From: Takakia lepidozioides
Taxonomy: Eukaryota; Plantae; Bryophyta
DNA length: 64,000 bases
Reading direction: 5' to 3'
NCBI GenBank assembly: GCA_030704615.1
Contig: CM060732.1
Coordinates: forward strand, 62,744,001 to 62,808,000
Part shown: in pieces, positions 37,637-48,883 of the stretch
Numbering within the stretch: the first letter of the stretch is position 1
Layout of the letters: each line of letters opens with the position of its first letter
Translations under genes and position numbers: made by a program
The notes under the pieces: model-generated
Told to the model about the DNA's origin: nothing
Database searches by the model: none
What the model saw: the letters and a program-made list of their open reading frames with translations, nothing else

Positions 37637-40600
37637 GGCTCATCTACCAAGTTATCGTCAGACACCTCGCCTCAAAATTCAATGGTCTCCACTCCCTTCC
37701 AACCCTCTACCCACAGTCTTGCCGTCACTCCCCAACCGCACGTTCTTTGCTCATTCTACGGCAAATGCGTATTAGCCTACAAACATACCTCCCTGGCTAC
37801 CCTAACTCGGTATCTCCATTAGAAGTCGCCTAGATCTCTAGCCCTTTTCTTCCCCAATTTGAGGCAGCTCACCGCCGCCAGGAAACAACTATCCTCAAAT
37901 ACTTCAAGGAAAGACATATCACTAACCTCACCCAACTCACCACTGCACCCAGTACCAAGCTTATAACCCCCCGTGAATACACTCTGAAATACTCTAGAGC
38001 CACTACTAAGACATGTCGGTTCATCTCCTACCTCCGTACCTTATTCTGCTACCCCTCTACTTCATGAACCCTAGAATGTGATATCCCGTGTCAGCTTTTC
38101 CCACACAGTTCACAAGACTTACTCCCTGTGTTCAGGTCAGCCCCAGCCCCATCTATTCTCCATAAGCTCAGATTATCCTGCACAACAATATACCACGAAC
38201 CCACTACCCCAGACTTTCCCTCCCAGTCTCCACAGGATTTCACTAGCCTCACATAATCTGACAACCAACAACTGATGCCCTCTTCCCCTACCGGGTCTCC
38301 TCCGCAGTCACACACCCAACTCTCACCCATCCCTACCACACCAGACTCTTACCACTCCTCCCTTCCGTCCTCCCCGGCCCCCGGCCCCCGGTCCTCAACA
38401 ACTCCTCCAACGCTTTCATCATTGAAGCTATACAGGGTATTAAAACCTGAACTTCTACAGACTCATTTGGTGCGACTTGTATAGACACATACTACCTATG
38501 CAAATGGGCGGGTTATCTAAATGATGACAATACCTGGCAAATCAAGGACGACCTTTTTGGTTCGCATAATGACTATGACCGAGACCATAACCTATCCCTT
38601 CTTATTGTCTTCCATAACCGTACCAACACCAACTACCTCACTCACTCACACCAACAACATGTATCCCAAACCTAGATCCAAGACAACCGACATGTATCTC
38701 GCCCATTGCCTGCCGCTAACATCCTTATTGACATCACTGAATGCAATCCGGATAAAGACATCCTCCATGACTCGCCTGCCATATGCGCCGGCCCCCTATT
38801 GTTCGCTATCTACTCTAACAACGGTCGGTTCCTAGGTCTCGTCCCTAACGATAGGGTTGCCTGGCTTTGGGCCCGGTTCTCCTCCCACACCCCTACCACC
38901 AATCACTTACACCCACCCTGTCAAGACTTTGCTACCGAAATCAGCTGGCTCCTAGACCGATACCTCCGCAACACACCCCCTAAAAAGCCCCGATCAGAAT
39001 CCAAACTCTCCCAAGCTTATACACATAGCGTCATCTCCCAAGATATTCTCACCCTCCTCATTACCTCCTTCCACCTCACCCACTCATATCACTCTAGCCC
39101 ACTTACATGTCCCATGGACATCTAATCATTCGCCAGCCCACATCCCATAGACTTCATCTTTGGGGCTTCTGGCTCTACAACCCAACACTCATGGTCTGGA
39201 AGAGGACTGGCGCACCCTCCCCCAGGACTCCACACCCAGGAAGCTCTACAATGGGCTCACATTGCGGCCCACGCATCCCATACGGTGGCCACTATCCTCA
39301 TACTCACCCACCAGCAGCCACCTGACAACCCCCACCCCTTACTGCAACTCCCACCAGGCACCACACTACTAGCCTCCCTCGAGCCAGACCAACCTCTATA
39401 CTCAAAGAACCCACCTTTCCCTAAATACCTTAAACATGATGAACCCACCATTACTCTTCTCATTCATGTTCAATACACATCTGTCCCTCCCATTCCACCT
39501 ACTTTACACACCCACCTTGTCCACACACTCGAATGTATTCATTGCTTCAAGGTCACCTCAGACCTACCCCATATACCCCCTCCTCTACCGCATAGTACCA
39601 TTATCCCTGCAATTCACCCACCTCTTAAAATCAACCTGAGTAAAAACTGGATTATAGCACCCCCTGCCTCCCAACCCACGGCAACCACCCCACCGCCAGG
39701 TTCTCACCATATGCCTCTCAGTACCCACCGTTTCACTCCCACTATACTGATGGTTCCCACACATGATCCAACACCGGGTACGGCGTTTATTACGCCGCCT
39801 CGAACCAAGGCACAGCCGCTAGACTCCCTAGATCCGCTACCATACTACGTGCAGAGCTTATGGCCATCTACGTAGCACTCTCCCAATTACCCTCATTCTC
39901 CCCCCTCACTATATTTTCACGGATAGTCTTACATCGCTCTTTCTTATACGCAACCGCCTATCTTGCCCCTCCTCACACCACCACCTTCCAGATCGTAACC
40001 TTATTGTAGCCATAGCCAGACTAGCCATAGCCAGACTTGCCATAGACTTGGGCCAACCCATTCACTTCCTGAAAGTCCGCGGTATCGTTGGCAATGAGGA
40101 GGCTGACCACCTCGCACAAGCTGGCGCTTTCAAGCCCCTCATCGATCCCATCAATGACCTATCCACATCGCACACACCCACCCATTTTGGACACCCTATA
40201 CCAAACCCTCCAGACCCTAAGCCTATACGTAACCTCCTCTCCATCCTCACTAAAGAAGCCACTCAACAAGCTAGGGCATCTATGAGCCACACCAAACTCC
40301 ACATTAAAAAATGAACACTCTCCACTATACTTCATCATAAACTATCCAACTATTTCTGGCTCTCCAAAGCTACGACTGACGCTCAAATTAAATAAACGCT
40401 TAAATTTCGATACGCCCAATACATGGGCCATCAGCGCAAACATGTCTTCTGGCCGCGCCTATTTCCTTCACAAAACTGCCCCCTGTGCGCGCACACTCAC
40501 CAGGTTAGAGACACATGGCCGCATCTTTTGAGCCAATGTACCCACCTGGTCATACATGGACTGCATATTACCCGTCATAACCAGGCAGTCTGGCACATCC

Positions 40601-42094
40601 ACAAACTCCTTATGCAACGCCCCGAAACCCGCTTGTTCTCACTCATCAATGCCGGCACTTATCAAGGTAAATCTCCATACCATACTGTCCCACCATGGTT
40701 ACTTTCATGCCTATGCACACGCTCTCCCTGCACCTGCCTGGCTAGACTATGCCCTGACATCTTGCTCGTACACGGCCTACCCATCAATACTCAACCGCCC
40801 CTCCTCCCTCTCCCCTCATATCACCATCTATTTCATCGAATTCACATATTGCAATGATCGATACCCCTCCTCCTCTATTTTGGAAAAACGGCAAAAATAT
40901 GTCCCAATTATCCTTGCTCTCCGTCGTAGGGGCTGGAATACCGGCCCCCTATCTGTTATCACGGCCGGCACCCGAGGTGGTATCCATAATGCTAGCATAA
41001 CAGCACTACACGATAACTTCCATATCCCAATATCCCCTATCCATAAATGCTTCAAAGATATTCACCTCACAGCCCTCCGCTCTCTCAGCTATCATTACGA
41101 ACAAGCGAAAACTAGAGTCCAACCCCCTCCTGGCTTCCTAAACTCCCACAGACACCCTACATACCTTGGGGTAACCAGGGTATCCCTTCGGGGCACCTTG
41201 GGTATCCTCCACCCCCTGGTCCCTGCGTCTGCTGGACACTTGCATTATATATAGGGCCCACCCCCGAAAGGGGGCAGTAGTCGCAAGGCGAAGTGGCTCT
41301 TAGTTAGGCCGGCTTTAGCTGGAGTCTTCTCTCTCTCTTTCTCAGGTAATATGTGCTACCAAAACATGCGTAGCTAGATAGCTGCTGGTGTTGAGAGTAA
41401 GGAGGTTTGAACACGTCTGAAGTTTGAGGAGGTTTGAAGTTTGAACTGATGGAGACATCGAAGTGACAAGTCCTACAGCTCAAGGCTCCGTGACCGTCGG
41501 ATGCTGACTGGTAGTCGCATATCGTGGCTGTCCATAATGGCGGGCGCGCCATGACACCCCAATTCAAAAAGGTGGTCGATCCACTAAGCGGTTCTAGTAA
41601 GCTTGTTTAGTAGGTCAGTAACCAAGGTTAAGTTAGAGGGCTGCGTGAAGAGTCTGAAGGTTCTTGTGCTTATAAAGGATTCTTCGTTGCTGTTGCTGAG
41701 GAGAATGCTTGAGCTGAGACGAGTATAGAGAGCGATAGAGCCCTGGTGTTGTTGAACAAGGGATCTGCTGTGTGCCACAGACATCAGTTCGTGATTTCGC
41801 TGCTCAGAGAGGGAGAGCTGCTTCTTGCAGGTTTAATGCTCTAGGCTGGAAACTAGTAGGCACCAGGTCAGAAATGATGTCGAGAAGGATGCAATCCGTG
41901 GTGTGGATTTCCTTAGTGATCATGCTGTATTATCGATTGCCGAGCAACGAGGAGCGAAGGGTGACACGCTTTTCTGCAGCCAGACAGTGATTCGGCCTCT
42001 TGGCTATGGTTGCACGGAGCACGGTGCTGTATATCGATTTTGGTATGGGTGACATATTTCATGCGGCGCAGTATCAACTGTGATGTTAATCCAG

Positions 42095-42183
42095 CGTTCT
42101 ACACACTTGCGATGTGGGTGTGTACAGCGCTGGATTAACATCAAAGGTGATACGGCCTGTGAAATTTGTCACCAGCCATTTCA
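42095..42183 (+). pseudogene. RING-CH (RINGv/MARCH-type E3 ligase) exon fragment
   Basis: CVQRWINIKGDTACEICHQPF matches the C-terminal half of RINGv. No other exons are seen. Confidence 0.75.
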
Positions 42184-42594
42184 ATCTCATCTTCTTCTTG
42201 GCATATGCGACACACGCGTACCAGTGCTATCTCATATTCCAAGCTATGCTGGTGCTGTAAGTCACAGATTGCCTAAGAGCAGTAGGAGGGTCTGTGTAGT
42301 TGAGGGACTTCGAGATGTTATAAGTTTCTTTTGGCCTTCCAGATTTTCTCCAAAGAGCTTATCTCATCAATCTGATAATGCCCAAAGTTGAAACTCAAAA
42401 GAGGGCCACAACTTTCTGTGTTGTCTCAGGCTTCTTGTAAAGAGGTGGAGTGATAATCTGTTTGATGCTTGCAAATATAACCCTTTTAAGCAGCATTCCC
42501 ATCTCAGTGTCGTCACCAGATCATCACCACAGGTAAGGATTGACACTATCAAAGATAAATAAGTCTAAATATTTGGGATGGCTGTGGTGTGCAG

Positions 42595-43609
42595 TGGGCG
42601 GAGGTTTTGTCTGCTGATGCATTTTCAGCATTCGAGGACGTCGGTCTTGAGAAAGAAGAGGTAATATGCTTCAATTGTATACTATATTATGAATTTTCCC
42701 TCTTCTCTCTCCTAACTAATGAGATTACCGGTAGGAATTTTGTGAACTTGTATTTGTGTCATTTAGGGTATCGAGACATTTTGTCGGTTTTCGAAGTTCT
42801 CTCCTGTGGTGGTATGCCTTCAGGGGCTTCTTATGTAATGTTTTTGTTTCAATTCTTTTGTTCTTAACTATGTTGTTACATCTCTTCATTTGTATGGCAC
42901 TAGGTATGTTACTGCATTCATACTTCGGGTGTAAGTTGTGAAATAATGCAACGTTAACCGGTGAAGCAAGGAATTGCTGGTGGCATGCTAATCTGAAGGT
43001 GCTGGTTGGTTTGGTGGCTTGTATGTAGGCTGTCAAAGAGCTGTCAAAGAGACAGGAAAACGGTTCCGAGAGACTGTACTTGGGCTCGGAGGAGGTCGGC
43101 CACCAGCACAGGTTCTAGCCTTGACATATGCTCTTTCCATGGAACTATAAAAATGAGTGTGATGTATGTGTACCCACCCATACAATCAGGCTTGCTTCCA
43201 AAAACCTGGAGCACTACAGATTGTTTCAAGAAGGATTGGCGAACTTTCTCACCTTGAAATTTGCTGTAAAAATCATTGCAGCGGAAACGGACTGTACAGG
43301 ACAAATTCGGTCGAAATGAAATTCGATCGGGTGGTCCAATCTTCTGTGTTGATAAGGATGGAGGGGAAATCACATGACACACAGGGCCTTCTCCACGTCT
43401 CAGTCACATTACTATCATATCTTTAACACCTTACATGTACTAGCTATGTGATACAGATATCTTCCGTCACTTTGGAGTGAATGTGCATTAGCAGGGGACA
43501 CATTGTTTTCTGAAAGAGTTGGTGGGACTTGATACAGGTTTTCAAGGATTTCCGAGGATCCACAGATGCCCTACTCCGTCACAATGGGCTTGTGGCAGCT
43601 GTGGCCTGA
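42595..43609 (+). pseudogene. Last three exons of an M3 oligopeptidase A (OOP/TOP-like) gene, 5' part absent
   Basis: Exons 42595-42660 WAEVLSADAFSAFEDVGLEKEE, 43029-43111 AVKE..KRFRETVLGLGGGRPPAQ (with a frameshifting GCTGTCAAAGA duplication), and 43538-43609 VFKDFRG(-)STDALLRHNGLVAAVA*. GT-AG introns are retained. Confidence 0.85.
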
Positions 43610-44419
43610 CTTCTACATAGTTTGCAATAGCTCTACTAATCTTTTGCTATGTTAGTGAAGGTTGTCAACTATAATATTTACTCTGCATATTTAGCAAGTT
43701 GCTTACAAGGAAAAGAGTACTACCAACTTAATGGGACTTCCCCATTCCCATGAAAATTAAATGGGAATGGGAGGTCTAGAGGTAGGTTCAATTTAATGGG
43801 AATGGGAAGCTCATGGGAAGTCTAGAGAGGAGCGGAAAGAGTGGACCTACCAACTTGGTCATGTCCCATTTCACAATAACTTATGGAGGGGTTGCATATG
43901 CAAATAGTTGGATGGCTTTCGTGGTGACATTCCCTTGAGGGCTGGCCTGGGGTAGAAAAGCTCGCCGACAAAAAGTGTACATAATATTATTTTGGGAGTG
44001 CGCTCTATACAACAGTTTCGAATTAGGTTGTGCAGCATACCAGCTACTAAAACAAGTGTTCCGCAACAATTGATAGAAAGGCATCACGTTATTACTGTGC
44101 ATCTGGTGTTTCTAGTACCATACATGAGATATGAGTTTGGGAGCCCCACTGACTAAATGATCAGACACCATAGGATTAGTTCTTCAACAAATCCACTTGC
44201 AAACATTACAAATATAGTCAGGGAGGTTAGTCAGCAAGCAATTTGTTCTCTAATCCTGGGGGAAGGCCCTGTAACTCATATTAGAATGGTGTCCTGGGAA
44301 AAATAACCAGGCATACATGGTAAACGATCGGGTAATACCCAGACGCCTCCAAGGGCAAGCTAGTCTATCCTCGACAGCAAGCTACTAGCCGTGGCTGTTT
44401 TCAACAAATACACTGCGAG

Positions 44420-44893
44420 CACTTAGAGCGCGCAGAGACCACCTTCATCTCGAGCAAGCGAGAAAACTGAAGGATGTACCAGAGATGAAGCCATGTCTTA
44501 ATTAAGGCAGCCAACTATAAGACCTGAGAACAGGCCTGAGTCCAACTAGCTAATCATCAGTTTCCAACTAATAAGCTTGCGGCCTGATCGATCCCAGTAC
44601 ACAGCCAGAATTGAAACCATAGTGAATGATCCATTGTCAAGGCAGGGGCAGAGATCACGAGCATTTATCTGGCAGAGACCACCTTCATCTCGAGCAAGCG
44701 AGAAAACTGAAGGATGTACCGGAGATGAAGTCATGTCTTAATCAAGCAGCCAGCTATAAGCAGGCCTGAGTCCAACTAGCTAATCATCAGTCAGAATGGT
44801 AAACAACTAATCTAAGCTTGCGGCCTGATCCCAGTACAAAGCCAGAATTGAAACCATCGATCGTGACTGATCCATCGTCAAGGCAGGGGCAGA
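44420..44893 (+). repeat. Tandem duplication, ~240-bp unit x2
   Basis: GCAGAGACCACCTTCATCTCGAGCAAGCGAGAAAACTGAAGGATGTACC at 44432 and 44672, with continuing similarity. Confidence 0.9.
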
Positions 44894-44972
44894 CGATAAG
44901 CCTTCAGCGCTTCTGCCTGAGTGCCTCAAAATTCAGATGTGAAGAATTCTGATGCAGCATGTCAAGAGTATG

Positions 44973-45644
44973 CTAAGTGGTGAGGCCCTGCAGAAAGGGA
45001 CGTTGATCCAGAATATGAGGTAGCATCTGGTAGAATGACAATGGTCTGGAACAGACACCTGCATAAGCATTCCTGCACCTTGCGTTCTTTTCAGCCTGCA
45101 AGTAGTTGATAGCTTTGAAGAAATCAGCTGTGAAGGCGGGCACATGTTCAGCGGGCACACGATCAGCTCGATCGACTGTTCGTCTCTTCCGCAATTTTCC
45201 TCCCAGTGTGAACTTAAACTTGGTTTTCCCATCAGGGCTATCGCAGAGCCCACTTCTACATTCAAAACGCGGCTGGCCTTTGGTGATGGACCCGTTGTTC
45301 CAGTAGAGGAACTTAATCTTGTCAGACAGACAGCGAGGACACTTCTTCTCCAATGGATGAAGCTCCAGAAAACGCTCAAGCTCGGCCGTGTCTCCTGCCT
45401 CACCTCTTTTTCTTTTCTTGGTTGTTGCTTGCTCAGAATCGGCCGCCATTCGTTCAACTTCCTGCAGAGCAGGGTCTTGCGTTGCCTGAATGTCAGGGAT
45501 CTCTCCACCAGAGATCTTTTGTGCAAGTTCACCAGGTTGTTGATGTTGCAGTGGTCCAATCTCACCATCGGGACCTTTGATGAAATCCTCTAGAAACTGC
45601 ATCCAATCTGTCTCATCAGTGTAAGTTTCTGCAAATTCCCCCAT
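44973..45644 (-). CDS. Intronless ORF (~223 aa) with a divergent Dof-like zinc finger and NLS
   Basis: KKCPRCLSDKIKFLYWNNGSITKGQPRFECRSGLC...FTLGGKLR resembles Dof CPRCxSxxTKFCYYNNY...QPRHFCxxC...WTxGGxLR. KKRKR basic motif, acidic N-terminus. Confidence 0.6.
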   Translation of the reverse strand: MGEFAETYTDETDWMQFLEDFIKGPDGEIGPLQHQQPGELAQKISGGEIPDIQATQDPALQEVERMAADSEQATTKKRKRGEAGDTAELERFLELHPLEKKCPRCLSDKIKFLYWNNGSITKGQPRFECRSGLCDSPDGKTKFKFTLGGKLRKRRTVDRADRVPAEHVPAFTADFFKAINYLQAEKNARCRNAYAGVCSRPLSFYQMLPHILDQRPFLQGLTT

Positions 45645-46304
45645 GAAGCGCACCTCTCAGATCACAGCGGGACGAGCAACAGCACACACACATGCGCCAC
45701 CCCTCAGCACCAAGTCTCAGGCGTAATGAGGATAGCAGTGTGGATCATACCCGCGCACAAGATGATTTGGAGTGTTTCCTTGAAGGAAAATAGGCCACAT
45801 TTCCGTATTAAGACACTGAGCTGTCGAGAAACGGGCCCTGGTCTTTCCCAGGTGTTTTCCCAGGTGTTTCCCATTAAAATTAAAAATTAAAAAAAAGACA
45901 CATCAATTAACACTTAAGGGAAATTGTGCCAAGAGGATTTTTTTTTTCACTTTTTTGTTTCTTTTTTGTAGTATTTTGTTTTTTTATTCTTGTAAACAGG
46001 GGGATGGTAAAATATTTTTGGTGGGCAAGATAGCTGAGCCCTTATTTGGGTTTAATAATTCGGGGAAAAGAATAAGGCACACACACCGTAATCACCCTGA
46101 CCCCTCATCGAGGGAGAACCCTTGAGCTACTTCAAAATTAGTAGAAAATCTCCAGACCTACTTTTGGTTGATGTTGAGAGTCATGGGGGCAATGCCCTGC
46201 CAGATACAAGCCCTAACATTTTCTGTGAAAGATTGGATCACCGCATTTCACTTTTCACCTGGGCATGGAACTGATGTTGGATGTTTTGTGGGAGATGTAT
46301 GCAG

Positions 46305-47299
46305 CCTTGAGAAAACCACAGGGCCAGCATTCAGATTTGTAATAGGGCATACTAGTGACTCCAGGAAAATGAGGGCACTGGAGGAGGAGATTGCAACTTA
46401 CAACGACTTCATTCGCATTGATGTTGATGAAAACTACCACAAGCTTACGCTCAAAACGTCTCTCTCTCTCTCTCTCTCTCTAAGTAAATTTCAGCAGTGC
46501 TTGCATGAACTGTTTAGAGGCTGTGGGACTTACTTGGTGGGACCCTCTTTCACTTATCTCTTCAGTCGAAGAGTGAAGCCTTTTCCTACATCAGCCTCTC
46601 CTACCCTCTCCCTATCCCTGGAAACTCTGGGGCCTCTTCTGGAGGCCACCCCTTCATTATTTTGTTCTGATGTGAATAATGTATATGTCTGAAATCTTCC
46701 AAACACATTGCTATGACTGTGGGCTATTCAATCAATTTGATTTATCCTAATCTTTAATCGAGGAGCCATAATTCCAAGCACCCTGATGTACCTGCTGAGA
46801 TGGAGTGTGATGGATGGCAATGCAGGTTGGCTTTTTTCAAAGCAGTGTACATGCTCTTTGACGCTGACTTCTATGTCAAGGCAGACGATGACATAAATTT
46901 GCGGCCAGGTACTATGCTGACATGGCCCAATTGAAAACGAACAAGACAATAGGGGGGGAAAAGTGTTCGCCCTTTACAGCCACATTGAGTAGGGTGCTGC
47001 TTCTGATGGGTTTCCTTTGATAAACTATTAGCTCCTTGGATTGCAATGACAGTAAGATCAAACTTTCTTCAGGTGCAGCTGTGCACAAGTTTTTTGGGAT
47101 GGCTTCATTGGCTCACTGCACTGGATGTGTCAAGGCAATCAACAGTATCATGGTAGCATTCTAGTATAGTAAGCTAACTTAGTATGCAATTGGTTATGTG
47201 CAGGTTGGCTACTTTGGTGGCCAAGGAACGACCGAGTCCTAGGACATATCTGGGATGCATGAAAAAAGGCCCTGTTATCACAGATCCGGGCCTCAAATG
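46305..47299 (+). pseudogene. Three internal exons of a GT31 beta-1,3-galactosyltransferase
   Basis: 46305-46457 LEKTTGPAFRFVIGHTSD...ENYHKLTLKT; 46826-46908 [27 protein letters not shown]; 47204-47299 [32 protein letters not shown]. First and last exons are missing, with a phase break between exons 2 and 3. Confidence 0.88.
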
Positions 47300-47537
47300 G
47301 TATGTTTACCCTGCATGCAAGAGAATGTATCAATAATGTGAACATTTGCTCATGATGGTCAATCAGATGGCTTGCTTTTGCCTGGGTCTTTTAAGACGTG
47401 GATTTCACAGGATGAGTCTTTTCCCTGTGCCAGCACCCATACCGACCGATGTCTGCACTAACTTATTATGCAATTATTCGTGCAAAGACGACCAATTTGT
47501 TGCTTCATACCTATTCTGTTCATGCATTCTTACCTTC

Positions 47538-47564
47538 TACCGAACATTGTCCGGTACTTGTAGT
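47538..47564 (+). mobile_element. Candidate Helitron 3' terminus
   Basis: Near-palindrome TACCGAACATTGTCCGGTA followed by CTTGTAG|T (GTAG rather than CTAG), just downstream of the truncated GT31 fragment. Confidence 0.35.
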
Positions 47565-48118
47565 AGGTATAAACTGAAATTGATGATCCAATGGCAAATA
47601 TATTTTTTTTTTGTGGAAGCGGGTTCTATTTTGGTTCTATCTTCATGTCTCTTAAATTAAAGTTGTATTTCTGGGAATTCTTCTGTAGAAACTAGAAACT
47701 CAAAAACGAACATGATTATTTTCAAGTTAGGAGAGCAAATAGAAGGTATTCTACATATTTCGTAATGATTACATTGAAAAAGGTCAGAAGCGTAGAAGTG
47801 GAAATGACCAAGTTGGGTGCGTTTAGCTTTACGGCCCTCTAGGAGGTTATTTTTTCCTCCTCTGTATCCCCCTTGCTTCAATAAGGTTCTCTCAGGGGCC
47901 TCCATCCCCTGATATAAAAAAGGAAAGAAAAAAAAGTTGGAGCTTCGGACAATTCTTCCATTGTTGATTTCACACCTGCTGCCCAGTAGTTTTGCCATAT
48001 AAGATGCAGAATCAAAGATAATGAGATTTGATAGTGCACCTGAATAACTCAGGTGTACTGTGTGTAGTGTGGCCAAGTTCCAGAGAGTGGGAAAAATACT
48101 CACCTCAAAGACCATTAA

Positions 48119-48703
48119 CCCTTACAAGCCGAGCACCATAGTTTGACATAAAAGAGGACCCCTGCAGTAAAGGGATTGGTGTAACTTTTAGAAAATCGAC
48201 TTTTTTAAGAACTTGACTGCACATTATGTGCCTATCTTCCTCCGTTGAATCACCACCGTTGAATGTGGGCTCATTGGAGAAACATATCATTTTTTGGCAA
48301 TTTTTTAAGATTGAGTGACGGGATAAACTTGGATTGTGATTAGTAAGGCTTCATCCCCTTGGGATCCCTCATCCAACAAGCCAAAAACAATCCAATTTGG
48401 TGCTGCCACTTGGTCAAACCTAGGCAGATTCCCTCACAATAACCCTCTCACACATGCGTCCAGAAATCTTGGCATGAAAAAGAGAGAATTACCTTCATCA
48501 AAACCTGACCCCCTTGCTTGCGTGATTAGACATGATTAGACAACTTTGCTTTAACTCGAAAGTAGGGCAATCAGTTGCCCAATCCTGGCATGCTTCAGGC
48601 CACTCTATGGCACTAATTTCATAAAGGTTGAAGCAGATCTGAAAAAGTACTTTACATTTAAAATAGGCCCTGAAGCTCCTTTTGGGTCGAGGGCGTTTAA
48701 GGG
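48119..48703. mobile_element. piggyBac-like non-autonomous element (585 bp)
   Basis: TTAA|CCCTTACAAGCC ... GGCGTTTAAGGG|TTAA. TTAA at 48115-48118 and 48704-48707. TIR match 10/12 with CCC/GGG termini. Confidence 0.55.
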
Positions 48704-48883
48704 TTAAATACCGGCCAATTGCCTTTAAACATTCAATGTAAAGCTATCATAATCCTCCTGGTTTCAGGAAGGTTACCTTGTTCAATGGGCTTATTCTTAA
48801 CCATTCTGTCCCAAGACAGGTTGTTGCATTTCCCACGACGGATTAGTGATCAATTGTAAAATCAATGCTTGCCAGTAGGCACT

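Larger units (their letters stand above)
30083..41343 (+). mobile_element. Full-length decayed non-LTR retrotransposon with Dualen/RandI architecture (APE-RT-chromodomain-RNase H-CCHC-RLE)
   Basis: TSD AGGTAATATGTG (30071-30082 / 41344-41355) and CT-rich tail. APE: TWNVGSL, LLQETK, LAGDFN, SDHFPV (~33870-34630). RT: KAPGLD, YRPIAL, YIDFKNAFGS, GTIQGDTLSPYLF, YADD (~35620-36560). RNase H: YTDGS, RAEL, FTDS, GNEEAD (~39740-40125). CPLC...HLLSQC, RHNQAV, PDILL, IEFTYC, K..KY (RLE, ~40475-41100). Many stops and frameshifts. Confidence 0.88.

Noticed and set aside
46085-46098. AATCACCCC resembling the GGCT-MITE terminus
   Set aside because: No matching opposite end or TSD was found.
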